A stretch of 64,000 nucleotides of DNA from NCBI GenBank assembly GCA_044892525.1, contig CM097885.1, forward strand, positions 43,836,001 to 43,900,000, read 5' to 3'. Within the stretch, counting starts at the first letter, position 1, and the number at the start of each line of letters is the position of its first letter. Below, one piece after another: positions 41,352-53,771 of the stretch. Position numbers and translations under genes: made by a program. The notes under the pieces were generated by a model. The model was not told the DNA's origin and searched no databases. It was given only the letters and a program-made list of their open reading frames with translations. This stretch comes from Schmidtea polychroa (Eukaryota).

Positions 41352-42352
41352 AAACGATTCATATAAGCTATAGAAAAGAGATTTCTTAGAAGGTTTAAAT
41401 TGTTGGAGATGGAGTCTATGCTTATTATAAAATTCCTTATACGTTATAACTTCAATAACCTCACATTTAGGGCATAGGATGTAGGTGACACCGTTATATT
41501 TATGACTATAATATCTTTCCATTATATCATCGCAGTCATTATGATATTGACTATTACAAAAGTTTTGGTATTTCAAACCTATGAAAATATTTTTATCATA
41601 AAATGTTTAAAAAATATTAAGATAATTTTAATAATCATTTTCAAAGTTTAAGATATTTTTCGTAAGATATTATTCAAAATTGTCTTTTAAATAGTATCTT
41701 ATAAAAAAATATTATAAAAAATATTATAAAATATATAATTTAATTCGTTTTCTAAAATAGATTTTATTTTCATAAATAATTAAAATAAATTATGATTCCA
41801 AATAATATACAAAAGTTATTAATTATAATGTTCAAAATCATCATATTTAATAAATCTTCTTTTCATAAATCTTCCTTTCAAAATCATCATAAATAAATAA
41901 ATCTTCTTTTAAAATATCTTCTTTTCATAAGTTTCTTTATAATCTTCTTTTAATTATTATTATTATTATTATTATTATTAATATTATTATAATTATTATT
42001 ATTATTATTATTAATATTATTTAAAAAAACTTAAAAACCTCAAAAACTTATAACAATAAATAAATACTTACATTTTCGTCCTTTCGAAAGAAATTTTCCA
42101 GCATCATGAGCAGCAGAAGTATTTATTACATTTCCATCTAAAAGCATAATAAAAATAATAATGATAATAATAGTAAACTATTACCATTTATTCTATTCAT
42201 GTCTACAGCTTGTCCGTCGATATTCATTTTAATTTGTTGATTAGTCCCTAATAATCATATTAAAAATAATAAAATAATAAAATAATAAATTTACCATTAA
42301 ATCCTCCAACGATCTTTCCGTCAACTCTTTGAATATTATTGTTGTTGTTCAT
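37615..42352 (-). pseudogene. polB: protein-primed DNA polymerase B, four exons (42352-42295, 42247-42185, 42137-42072, 41578-37615), disabled
   Basis: Three phase-1 GT-AG introns join in frame to ORF 40710-41576. Motifs YADFE, HDHFTG..CTTC, FHNLKGYD, YIDINNLYG, KLLNNSLYGK, AGDTDS. Lesions near 40700, 39683 (TAA) and 38620. Confidence 0.95.
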
Positions 42353-42740
42353 GTTGTTAAATATTGTTAATAGATTTTTTAAAAGTGATGAAAAAATGAA
42401 AGTGTAGACTATATAAGAGAGATATTACAGGTTTTATTAACCGACCAATGAAAATAGAGATAGGGTAGGAAAAGACACTACATGTTTGTTTATACAAACC
42501 ATGACGAAATAATGACCTTTACATGTCTTTATTACTTAGTGCTTTGTTACTTTGCACTGTGCATGCACTGAACATGTAATAGTATTACATAATAATTTTA
42601 AACATAAAATTTAACCAATAATATTTTAAACATAAAATAATAATATTTAACAAATAATAATAATAATAATTTAAACATAAAATAATATTTAACAAATAAT
42701 TAAAATAGTCAACAAATAAAAATCATACAGTATACATTTA

Positions 42741-43131
42741 TTAACCATCAAATTTTTTATACAACAACCATGCCAAACAGTGTTGACCACATGTTTGAGT
42801 CAATGGATTTTGAAACATAGTTTTATTATATACAATAGGTTTCCCAATTGTTTGAAGTTTTGATATCAACAAAGCAGGATAATAGAAACCCATAGGATCG
42901 AATACGAATATATTACTAGGTTTCACATATATAGCTATCCAATGTTCTCCACCAAGATGAGACGAATGAGTATTGACAATTATGGCTTGATTATTGCTCA
43001 AATAAGGAATTTTATCGAGAGGAAAAACTCCTACAAATCCAATTCGATTAACCTGAACAGAACTACTTTAATAAAATTAAACAGTAACAAAAAACTTACT
43101 CCATGACAACTTTTTGTGTTTCTGTATACAT
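42741..43131 (-). CDS. adenain-like cysteine maturation protease (likely two exons, intron ~43099-43066)
   Basis: GEHW..FDPMG..Q...TQTCGQHC catalytic motifs. ATG at 43131 immediately after the MCP stop, a GTAAG donor and an in-frame acceptor give MYTETQKVVMD...FVGVFPLD. Confidence 0.9.
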
Positions 43132-44355
43132 TTATACTAGCACTGTTCTATTTTCAGTAATTTGAACTTCATTTTCAAATACTCCATATATTATAACATG
43201 TACCGGTTCTGTAATGGCCTTTGCAAACTTAATATCCAGTCGTAAATTCCCGTTTTGTGGTAGTTGACTCTGATTTAAATCAAAATCGGGAGCTAAAACA
43301 CATGTGAAAAATGGATATTTGCTTTTAAATTCTTCTAGAGTAATTCCACAATTCAAGTTTTTATCTAAGTAACCCAGATTTCTAACAATACTCTGCATAT
43401 ATGTCGCACAGTAATTATCGCTTTCGAAATCTTGAGTATATGTTTCTCTATAATCAGTATTTTTCGACAAAGTCAATGAAGTAAAACCAAAGTTTTTGAA
43501 AATTGAGCTGGAAGCAGTGTAAGACCCATTATATTGCGTTTCACTTTGAAATGTTACCAGAATAAAATTAGGCATTCTTCTGTCACCAAATATTTGTTCT
43601 TTATAGAATGATGAAGCACCTTTAGCAATAGCAAATTGTACGATTTCCTTTGTTTTTAAAGGATAAATTGCATGTTTTGACTTAAGACCCAATTGATGAC
43701 CAGCTAATACTGACGTGTCTACTCGAACTCTTCTCACCAATAATTTTGCATCAACTAATTGGCATATTGGTGCACCAGTTGCACTAGTAAGAGATAATGC
43801 AGAATCGGACCTTTTCAATCTAATGTGTACATTAACTCATGGTAGCAAATATTTCGGTTGATCCATAAAATCGAGTTGTAATGATAAGCACATAGTGAAT
43901 GATTTTGAGACTTTAACCCACTTTTTTCTTTCATCATCTGTTGCTGCATAACCCATAGGTGTAAGACAGGTATTTTTAGTATCGGAATTGTAATTTAAAA
44001 TAGTTTCTATCAAAGCCTTGTGAATGAATGTATTATTTCTGCCCTCAATCTTAATATTATTAAATCCCAACACTACATCTTTAAACAGAGTATGAAACAT
44101 GAAATTGTTTGGTATTACATCTGCATTGGCATCCAAAACTTTTCTATCTTTATCTACAACCTTGATCTGAACAGTCAATAATGTATCGTTCAAATCTAAA
44201 TATTCGGTTTGTGACCCATTAATATAAAACTCGATATCATTTCTACTATCGGTAATTGAATTCATAGGAAAAACTTCCTCAAATGCCCCAAATTCTATTA
44301 CAGCCTGGGGCGACGGTCTATCAAATATACATAATTCGGATTTACCACAAATCAT
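43132..44355 (-). pseudogene. major capsid protein (double jelly-roll, Polinton PY) with one in-frame TGA at 43839-37
   Basis: KSELCIFD N-terminus, EYLDLNDT, QPKYLLP*VNVHIRLKR and GNLRLDIKF. The two ORFs are in the same frame (~407 aa). Confidence 0.88.
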
Positions 44356-44714
44356 TTTGCAAATATAATTCCATGTCCTTTCATTCGTTTGTTTATAAGC
44401 GATATTCCATGTCCTTTACGTTTTGGAGCTGGGACTGGAGGCGTATCTTTTTGAAAAATACCAGCAACTCCAGGTAGAACCTTCCCAAACTCAGCTAAAG
44501 CATTTGTTTTTAGGGATGGTAATATTTTCTGTTCATTCATAATCACGTCTTTGGCAGTTTTCATACCAAAACTACCAATACGTTTAAGAATAGGAAGTGC
44601 AAATCTCCCTATTGTTTTTAACCAACCTGATCCGTACTGTTTACCAATAAAATATGGTAATTCACCGCCAGATTGGCTATCACTATACATACTAATAATA
44701 TCGGAATTAGCCAT
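44352..44714 (-). CDS. Polinton core/virion precursor protein with QxGxG motif and amphipathic helix
   Basis: QSGGELPYFIGKQYGSGWLKTIGRFALPILKRIG, positioned between the minor capsid and MCP genes. Confidence 0.7.
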   Translation of the reverse strand: MANSDIISMYSDSQSGGELPYFIGKQYGSGWLKTIGRFALPILKRIGSFGMKTAKDVIMNEQKILPSLKTNALAEFGKVLPGVAGIFQKDTPPVPAPKRKGHGISLINKRMKGHGIIFAK

Positions 44715-45719
44715 CTACTTTACGAAAATGTAGTGTCAAATGAGTTTTTGAGTCTTTTGGGAAGTTTATAAGTTTTCCACTATCGTCACGAATATTTATT
44801 TCTATATTGTTTATACATGAGCTTGCTATTTGTAAATACATGGGATTATCTATATTTATATTGACAACTTCATCATGTTCATATTTTCCAATCCACACCG
44901 ATTTCAATAGAGGAACACTGGAATCACCAACAATTATAGGCTCAATAATATTAGTATATATGAACATTTGTTGATGATGTTCAAGTATTCTTGGTTTACG
45001 TATACCAGCCGATTTTTCCCGATATTGCTGCTTCTCTAATCCAAGTGTATTTGTCAAATTTTTATCAAATGTAACTTCGCATATATCATCATTCAAACTG
45101 AATGTAAATAACAAATCTTTCACAATGTCCAAACTTTTAAATATGTGTGAACAATTGTACTTTAAATATTTAAGTAACACATCAAGTTTATCAATATATA
45201 ATTCGTCAGCAAAGGTGAATGATTATTCAACTTCATTATTATACGACACTGATATTTTGATTTCTTCTCTCATTACACTGTTTGCTTCAAATAGATTAAG
45301 GCGTAACAAATATTCTGTTTCCATAACTTCATTTTTCAACTTATTGCAACCCAATCGTTTGGCATCTTCAATATATTCGAATGTTATTATAAATGGTTTA
45401 AAATCACAACTGATATTTAATCCGTCCTTGTAAAACATAGAGCAATGCGGATCTAATATTTGATTCGGAATATGATATGTTTTATCATAATTACTGATAA
45501 TAAAGATACCGCTACATGTTTTCATAGCATTCCTTTTGAAATCAATCTTACATTGACTATAAAATGGGAATGTATTGTACACGAATGTAAAATCTTGCAG
45601 TGCAACTTCCCAGTCACCATTTAAAGAAATCGGATTCTGGAGATTGACCATGAATTTACTGGCTTGATTATCTGGATGAATATGCGGGCAACTATTGCTT
45701 GGTAAAATAGTATAAAAAT

Positions 45720-46841
<1,122 letters not shown>

Positions 46842-46902
46842 TACAACAAGAAGATTTAATATTAAATTTAATGTCTGGTAATGAAGGATTAGCACCCATT
46901 GT

Positions 46903-47397
46903 TTATGATCGACTTCCTATTATTCCACCTAATAATGATATTGCTAAAGGTATCAATGCACCGATAAATCCCCCTTGTTGTTTATATATAATTTTTCTCA
47001 TTTGTTGACGATTTTTATTATTTACTAATGATAGCAAAGGTTTCCTATGTTTACTCAATAATTGCTTTTTAGATTTACTGATTTTAATCTTGCCTTTGAC
47101 TACTTTAAGTATAATATCGAGTAAATCATCGACAACATAATTTGGAAATGATTGCAAAATACTGTTTCTTTTCATACTTGGTGCCTTTAACAATGTATTG
47201 AAAAACGGGAAACTCCGATGATTTTTAACAACTTTTACTTTCTTAGGGGTTTTACTTTTAGGTTTAGGTTTAGGATTTTTCGAAATAAGATTCATTGCAG
47301 GAAAATTTTCTGTAATAAGTTCTATAGATGGAGTATAACTAGTTGTTGGTGGAACTTTTGGTTGTTTTTTACTCGATATCCTTGTTTTTGAAAACAT
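46903..47397 (-). CDS. basic Polinton core-like protein ending in QQGGF plus a hydrophobic peptide
   Basis: Lys-rich 164 aa with the C-terminus KQQGGFIGALIPLAISLLGGIIGSRS, resembling a protease-cleaved virion peptide. Confidence 0.7.
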   Translation of the reverse strand: MFSKTRISSKKQPKVPPTTSYTPSIELITENFPAMNLISKNPKPKPKSKTPKKVKVVKNHRSFPFFNTLLKAPSMKRNSILQSFPNYVVDDLLDIILKVVKGKIKISKSKKQLLSKHRKPLLSLVNNKNRQQMRKIIYKQQGGFIGALIPLAISLLGGIIGSRS

Positions 47398-47410
47398 GAT
47401 TTATGTGTTT

Positions 47411-47990
47411 TCAAATTTGTTTTGAACTTTGTTTATAAACCATGGCACCTTTTGGGTTGAAAATATCTGTTTTTACCCGTATATCATCAGGACATTGTTG
47501 TGTGAAATCGAGAAATATATACCCATGAGGTATTTTCGTAGCATCTTGAAATGCATTGATAAGAAAATTACGGTTATTAGGGTATGTTTGTCGTCCAAGA
47601 AAATCAATGACAGTTGCATCTCTAGGATTCTTGAAAATAACTAGATATTGTACATTTAAATTACGTGTTCGATGTGCACCACCTTGATGAAATAGATTTT
47701 GTGTTATGAAAATAACTGTTACACCAACATGTCTGCTGATTTTTGTGAATAAATTATTAAAATCCTTTTCTTTATTGGCTTCTTGATACAAATCATCGAT
47801 AATGATGACATCATCTTTCTTCAAACGACTTGACCAGTTTTTATCAAAACCCTTTACTATTTTCATGTTTTTCAATTGACAGAAACTTGATTGCGTCAAT
47901 CCATGTTCTTCATCGGCGCCCCTATGCCAATAAATATTGTTGAATTTTGTTTTGAACAAATTTGATTTTAGTAATTTACAAACAAATAAT
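47411..47990 (-). pseudogene. A32/FtsK-like packaging ATPase lacking its Walker A N-terminus
   Basis: IIIDDL (Walker B), SRH, FITQNLF, RTRNLN, FKNPRD and PHGYIFLD are present. No GxxGxGKT or start codon is found upstream. Confidence 0.88.
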
Positions 47991-48087
47991 TTAAACTATA
48001 TAATTATTGTTTATATTGATAATTTAAATGAACTCCTTTTTAAAATAACTATATATATAACAGAGTTTTTATAATTATTTCATTAAA

Positions 48088-48552
48088 ATGCTTTCAAATA
48101 TAAATTACAGGGCAAAAGCTGATGTATCAAAAATGGTATTTCCAATGGGGAAACCACAACAACTCATCAATAGAAGTAAAAAATATCTAATAATATATTT
48201 CAAAACTGGTAAATGTAGAATTATGGGGTGTAAGGAAATAATCAAAGCTAGTGAATATAATGTTTATGATTTAGAAATACAATCGATAACCGTAACTTCC
48301 GATATAGGTTTTTCTTGTAATTTAAATAAATTGGCTAAATTAATACCATGCTTTTACGAACCAGAATTATTTCCAGCTTTGAGATATATAAAATATAACC
48401 CTATGTGTGTAAATATATTCGCTAGCGGTAAGATAGTAATTCTTGGAATAAAAAATATTGATTACAAATGTATAGTTGATAATATCATATCTGAAATTAA
48501 ATCAATAATTGAAGGAAATGAATTTTTAGATTTTTTATTATCACTTAATTAA
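48088..48552 (+). CDS. TATA-binding-protein-like protein (154 aa, intact, intronless)
   Basis: Two TBP repeats: IIYFKTGKCRIMGCK and YEPELFPALRY...VNIFASGKIVILGIK. Confidence 0.9.
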   Translation: MLSNINYRAKADVSKMVFPMGKPQQLINRSKKYLIIYFKTGKCRIMGCKEIIKASEYNVYDLEIQSITVTSDIGFSCNLNKLAKLIPCFYEPELFPALRYIKYNPMCVNIFASGKIVILGIKNIDYKCIVDNIISEIKSIIEGNEFLDFLLSLN

Positions 48553-48673
48553 TTATTTATCATTGCAAATTCAATGCAATTGAAATGCATGATTCTGATT
48601 GGTCGAAATCTAATTGGCTGATGATTATTTATAACAAAATGTTTTCGGTTTAGTTGTCAGTTATTCAACAAAA

Positions 48674-48752
48674 ATGTACAACATACAAAGTTCCACAATC
48701 ACCTCAATGAACGAGCATGCAAATTATGGTAATTTCAAATTTTTATTATTAC

Positions 48753-48783
<31 letters not shown>

Positions 48784-49115
48784 GATGATATAGATATAGA
48801 TATACAGATGAATATCAATCAATTATCCTGCAAAGTTTATGCTTCTATTATCCAGAATTAAATGAAATTCTACAAGATAGAGATCCAGCTATCATTCCGG
48901 ATTTGGTATACAACCAAAACCGAATCTGGATATTCGATATAATAAACACCTTTCTATGGGATATCAAGATAGGAAGGGTGATGAAAGAAATGAAACCAGA
49001 GGTTCCTTGCATTTTCGGATGTAGCTGTTGCAATTTCCGTTATCAACAATATGTTGAATGGTGTTTGGTAAAGACTCTGAGAAATCACCACTCGAGTCAG
49101 ATTGTATCAAAATAA
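48674..49115 (+). CDS. hypothetical Maverick accessory protein (~120 aa, intron 48729-48807), Cys cluster
   Basis: ATG at 48674, a G|GTAAT donor and a TACAG acceptor join in frame to ORF 48903-49115, which contains PCIFGCSCC. Confidence 0.55.
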
Positions 49116-49382
49116 ATTTTTATGTTGAATTGTTTTGTTTTTGTAAATCGAAATAATAGAAATAGAAATAATAATAGTAATAGAAATAGTAATAATATAA
49201 GTAATAATAATAGTAATATTAAAAATAATAATAAAAAACAATATTTATAATAAAAACATTAATGCAACATTAATGTAAATGACATGCAATTTAAACAAAG
49301 ACATGCAGCAATCTGATTGGTTGATAAACAATAGTCATAGGTATAAAAACCCTGTACCATTTCATTTTAATCATAATTCACG

Positions 49383-49802
49383 ATGACAAAGAAAATTTCA
49401 AGCACTGAAAAGCCAAAAGTTGTTCCAGAACTTGTACAACCTGTTCAAATGTTCCACAACTACAAAATGTATTTTTTAAAAGAAGAAATCAATATGAAAT
49501 TGGTGTCACCTATCAAGCTAATTCCTACCCAATTTCAATTTTTATCCGGCACGCTTTCAATGTTAGATGTTAAATCTATTGATGAGGTTTTCAAACGGTT
49601 GAATACGAATCTATCTTGTAATCAACATGCATTTTTCAACAACCGATATGCAAGATTTTATGATTCCTTTGATGAAATCAGCTTCAAAGAAAACGAAAAT
49701 TGGTATATAACAATTGCAATCCAAGGATATAAAGTTGATAATAATGATGTGTATTCTCCAATTTGGAAAATTATGTCTGCTAGACTTTCACAACTATTTT
49801 AA
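49383..49802 (+). CDS. hypothetical Maverick accessory protein (139 aa)
   Basis: Clean ATG ORF preceded by ATTGG (49317) and TATAAAAA (49343), followed by AATAAA. Confidence 0.65.
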   Translation: MTKKISSTEKPKVVPELVQPVQMFHNYKMYFLKEEINMKLVSPIKLIPTQFQFLSGTLSMLDVKSIDEVFKRLNTNLSCNQHAFFNNRYARFYDSFDEISFKENENWYITIAIQGYKVDNNDVYSPIWKIMSARLSQLF

Positions 49803-49929
49803 TGTTATATTTAATAAATGTATTAGTCATATTTGCTTTTTCTCTTTATTAATTGCAACATTAATGCAAATGACATGCAAATTTAACAAAGAAAATCTAT
49901 AAACAAACTTATAATATAGTTTTAAAGTG

Positions 49930-50289
49930 ATGAAAATGACTGCAGAAAAAGGTTAACATGATTAATTAAATACCGAATTATTTATTATTTAGAATTATTA
50001 ATTAACTTTTTGTTGGAAAAATTAGCAGAAATATCTGGTGTAAAAATTGAGGATATATTATCTGTTACAAATGCATTAAATATCGGCTGGGTAGTTGAGA
50101 GTCAAGATTCAGGATTTGACGATCAGGAAGAAACTCAAGAAACCGATACTTGATGACGAAACCTATGAACCTATAGATGAACCTATAGAGGAACCTAAAG
50201 ATAATATTACGAATGATTGTATTGATCATGTCGTTGAAAATATAATGAAATGTGGAGATGACGACTGCGAATGTGTTAATAAATTTTAG
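49930..50289 (+). CDS. hypothetical acidic protein (intron 49952-49992; frameshift or stop near 50150)
   Basis: MKMTAEK|ELLINFLLEKLAEISG...QDSGFDDQEETQE, with the acidic tail continuing in another frame (DDETYEPIDEPIEE...CECVNKF). Confidence 0.5.
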
Positions 50290-50349
50290 TTAATTATTGT
50301 TTGTAAATTTATTTAAAATTTTATTTAAAAATCAAACAAAATAACTATA

Positions 50350-50875
50350 TTAATTTTTATTTAAAAATCGCGATAAAGCATACAAAATAGCAACACCTGT
50401 TGCAAGTTTTATATAGTTTTTAAATTTCATTTTGTGTTCATCGATTTCCTTCGCATTTCTGGCGAGTTGATTCAGTACGCCCCATCCGCCAATGGCTTCA
50501 ATCCATGGTTGAAACTTGTACTTGATTATCTAGAAAATAAATATTAATAAAATATAGATTATAAAAGTATTACTTCTTGAGACCACTGATAATAATGTTC
50601 AGAGTCCCATAAACTTTTTTCTATTATAATCTTCATATAAGCGAACCCTACTAGTATTCGGGTCCACTTCATCTCATCGTCACATAGGCAGTTAAAAATC
50701 CTATGAAAATGGAATTTTTCGTTTCGAGGCAATCGGAATTGAGCATATCCTCATAATCGATATGATTTCCATCGATAATATATTCGGTCCGGTCGACCAG
50801 AAAACTGAGGCTTTCCACAATCTTCTTGTTGATAACTTCGCTTAAAAGATTTTCCATAAAATTTGGTTGCGACAT
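50350..50875 (-). pseudogene. Bcl-2-family protein (two exons, intron 50573-50530; one 1-nt frameshift at ~50716), ~160 aa
   Basis: BH1-like IFNCLCDDEMKWTRILVGFAY, BH2-like FQPWIEAIGGWG and tail anchor LATGVAILYALSRFLNKN*, with a 44-bp GT-AG intron. Confidence 0.88.
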
Positions 50876-51071
50876 TTCTACAATAATTTAAAAAATGATG
50901 TTTTATTTATACTAATACCGTATGATTTTGATTGGTTGATAGACTATAAATGTAAAAGAAAGGTTTTGATTTGATACACCGTGAAAACTATATTCATATT
51001 GCTAATTATTATAACGAGTGTGTGCTAACACAATACTATAAATTTTATAATATTCGATAGAAATTTGAAAT

Positions 51072-51695
<624 letters not shown>

Positions 51696-52507
51696 AACCT
51701 GTTTGACGACAATATTCAGTATTGATAGAATAATTCTGAATATCGATGAGCCGATTTGAGCCAAAATTTTGAAGTTCCGCCACTGTATATAGTGGAAATA
51801 TACATTAATATTAACCTGAATTATAAAAGATTTTAATTTATTAAAAAAATAAATAAAAAAAATCGATATTTATTCAAATAACTATATTATAATACAAAGA
51901 ATCTAATTTTGGAATGGAAAAGAACTAAATTCGCAAATGTGAATAATACTTTTATTGTGATTATTTCAGTACGATAAAAATAAATTATGTAAATATATTC
52001 TTTTCCATTGTATTTATTAAAAAGCTTGATTCGTAGTTTTCAAGCTTTTTAATAAATATTATAAATCCACCCAGAAATTACAAAAAATCTTTTCGTGAAG
52101 TTCACTAAATACGTAGTGGAAATTTATTAAAAAAATTCCTAATCAGTTACTATATGTGATCAACATAAAACCTTTTTAAATAAAAACTTGTATTTTTGAA
52201 ATTTAATTTCCAAAAAATATAATTTAAATAAAAGATCTCGTTAATTAAATTTTCGTATGTAATAAAACCTCAATAAAACTCAATGATAAGCCTAATCAAG
52301 CAGAAAACATTAAAATAATAATTGGACATTCAGAATAATTTGCTAACCCATAAAACGCAAGTTAAGTCCATATACAATTTTTAATCCATCTTTTATCCTT
52401 CCGATATCATTTTTTACAATCAGTGTTATAATTACGTATAAATCGGTATTGATGTTTTTTTTCGCTCTAATTATATTAAAATGAATTGTCAATTTAACGC
52501 TTTATTT

Positions 52508-53361
52508 TCAATAATCGAATTTAATCACTTCAGGATTCTTTTTCAAAAATAGTAATTGTTGCGTCTTTGCTGCACTCATCCTTGAATGTTTGTCACTTGA
52601 AATCATCCCAGGAGCGGGTATTGAAAGAAATTTCTTGGCGACCTCGGATAAAAGAGAGAATTTCCAGTACACAATGGGATCAGTCGGCGAATTCGTGTGT
52701 GGTTGACAAGCTTCTATAAAATATTTCAACATCTAGTCCATGCATTTTATTTCAATGGATGATAGTGATTAATTTTCTTCTTCTCTTTCATTTACTTTGA
52801 AAATTTCATTGTAGTATGAATTCAAAATCGACAAAATTCTTTTTCCAAAGATTTTGCTGTCACTATATGGTGGGGGTACGTCATGGTTTTTATTGCTCAA
52901 TTCTGTAACTCCTTTGACAATTTCTTTTAATAGCAAGTACTTCGCATTTTCTTGTATCTTTGGTTTGAATGATGTAATTTTATACATAGGGTCAAGAATT
53001 GTAGGAAATAATATAGTGTTTGTTTAAAAGAATATCATAAAATCGATTATATAGTTCTTAAAGCGTTGTAGAACGCATTATCTATACACCCAAATCACCA
53101 TCAAGATTGACAGGCGTACGTAATGTTGTCTGAAGAACTAACACGCTGGGAATTATCATGGCAGCTGTTGTTGTAGATAAACTAGCATTCTTTGTTTCCT
53201 GTTCAAATTGAAGTAGGGTATTCAATAATTTCTCAATCAAACACCATTCACTAGCCTTAAGATTTTTTACGCCTGTATGTTCTTGACAATATATTACCAG
53301 CGATCTCTTCTCCTCAAATAGACGTTTGATCATATAAGTCGAGTTCCATCTCATGGGCACA
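52508..53361 (-). mobile_element. hAT (Ac/ZBED-like) transposase relic
   Basis: PMRWNSTYM, ILDPMYK and dimerisation-domain YWK..LSEVAKKFLSIPA; fragmented. Confidence 0.85.
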
Positions 53362-53369
53362 CCCTAGAC

Positions 53370-53517
53370 CAGGGGTCTCAAACACGCGGCCCGCGAGCCG
53401 CATGCGCCCGCAACGAAAAAACATAGATTTGTAATTTAACCAAACTTATTTAACAATTAAAATCATAATTGGCTGTATAAATTAAAACTTATCTTTTTAA
53501 TTATTTTTATTTATACA

Positions 53518-53600
<83 letters not shown>

Positions 53601-53771
53601 TTAATAATAAAAAAATGTTTTTTAGTTTTGTTGAGTTTTTAATTAAATAAATATTAACGTCGGAGTTTCAGACTCCACATGTTCTGAAAAACAATTATTT
53701 ATGTTGCAGCCCGCCGGCTCATAATACTAGTCTAATGCGGCCCGCAGGCCAGTTTGAGACTGAAACCCCTG
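53370..53771. mobile_element. hAT/Charlie-type MITE (402 bp)
   Basis: CAGGGGTCTCAAAC..GCGGCCCGC ends and an 8-bp TSD CCCTAGAC at 53362-69 and 53772-79. Confidence 0.92.

Noticed and set aside
50710..50722. programmed -1 frameshift in the Bcl-2-like gene
   Set aside because: There is no canonical slippery heptamer, and copy 2 is in frame across this site. A 1-nt deletion or sequencing error is simpler.
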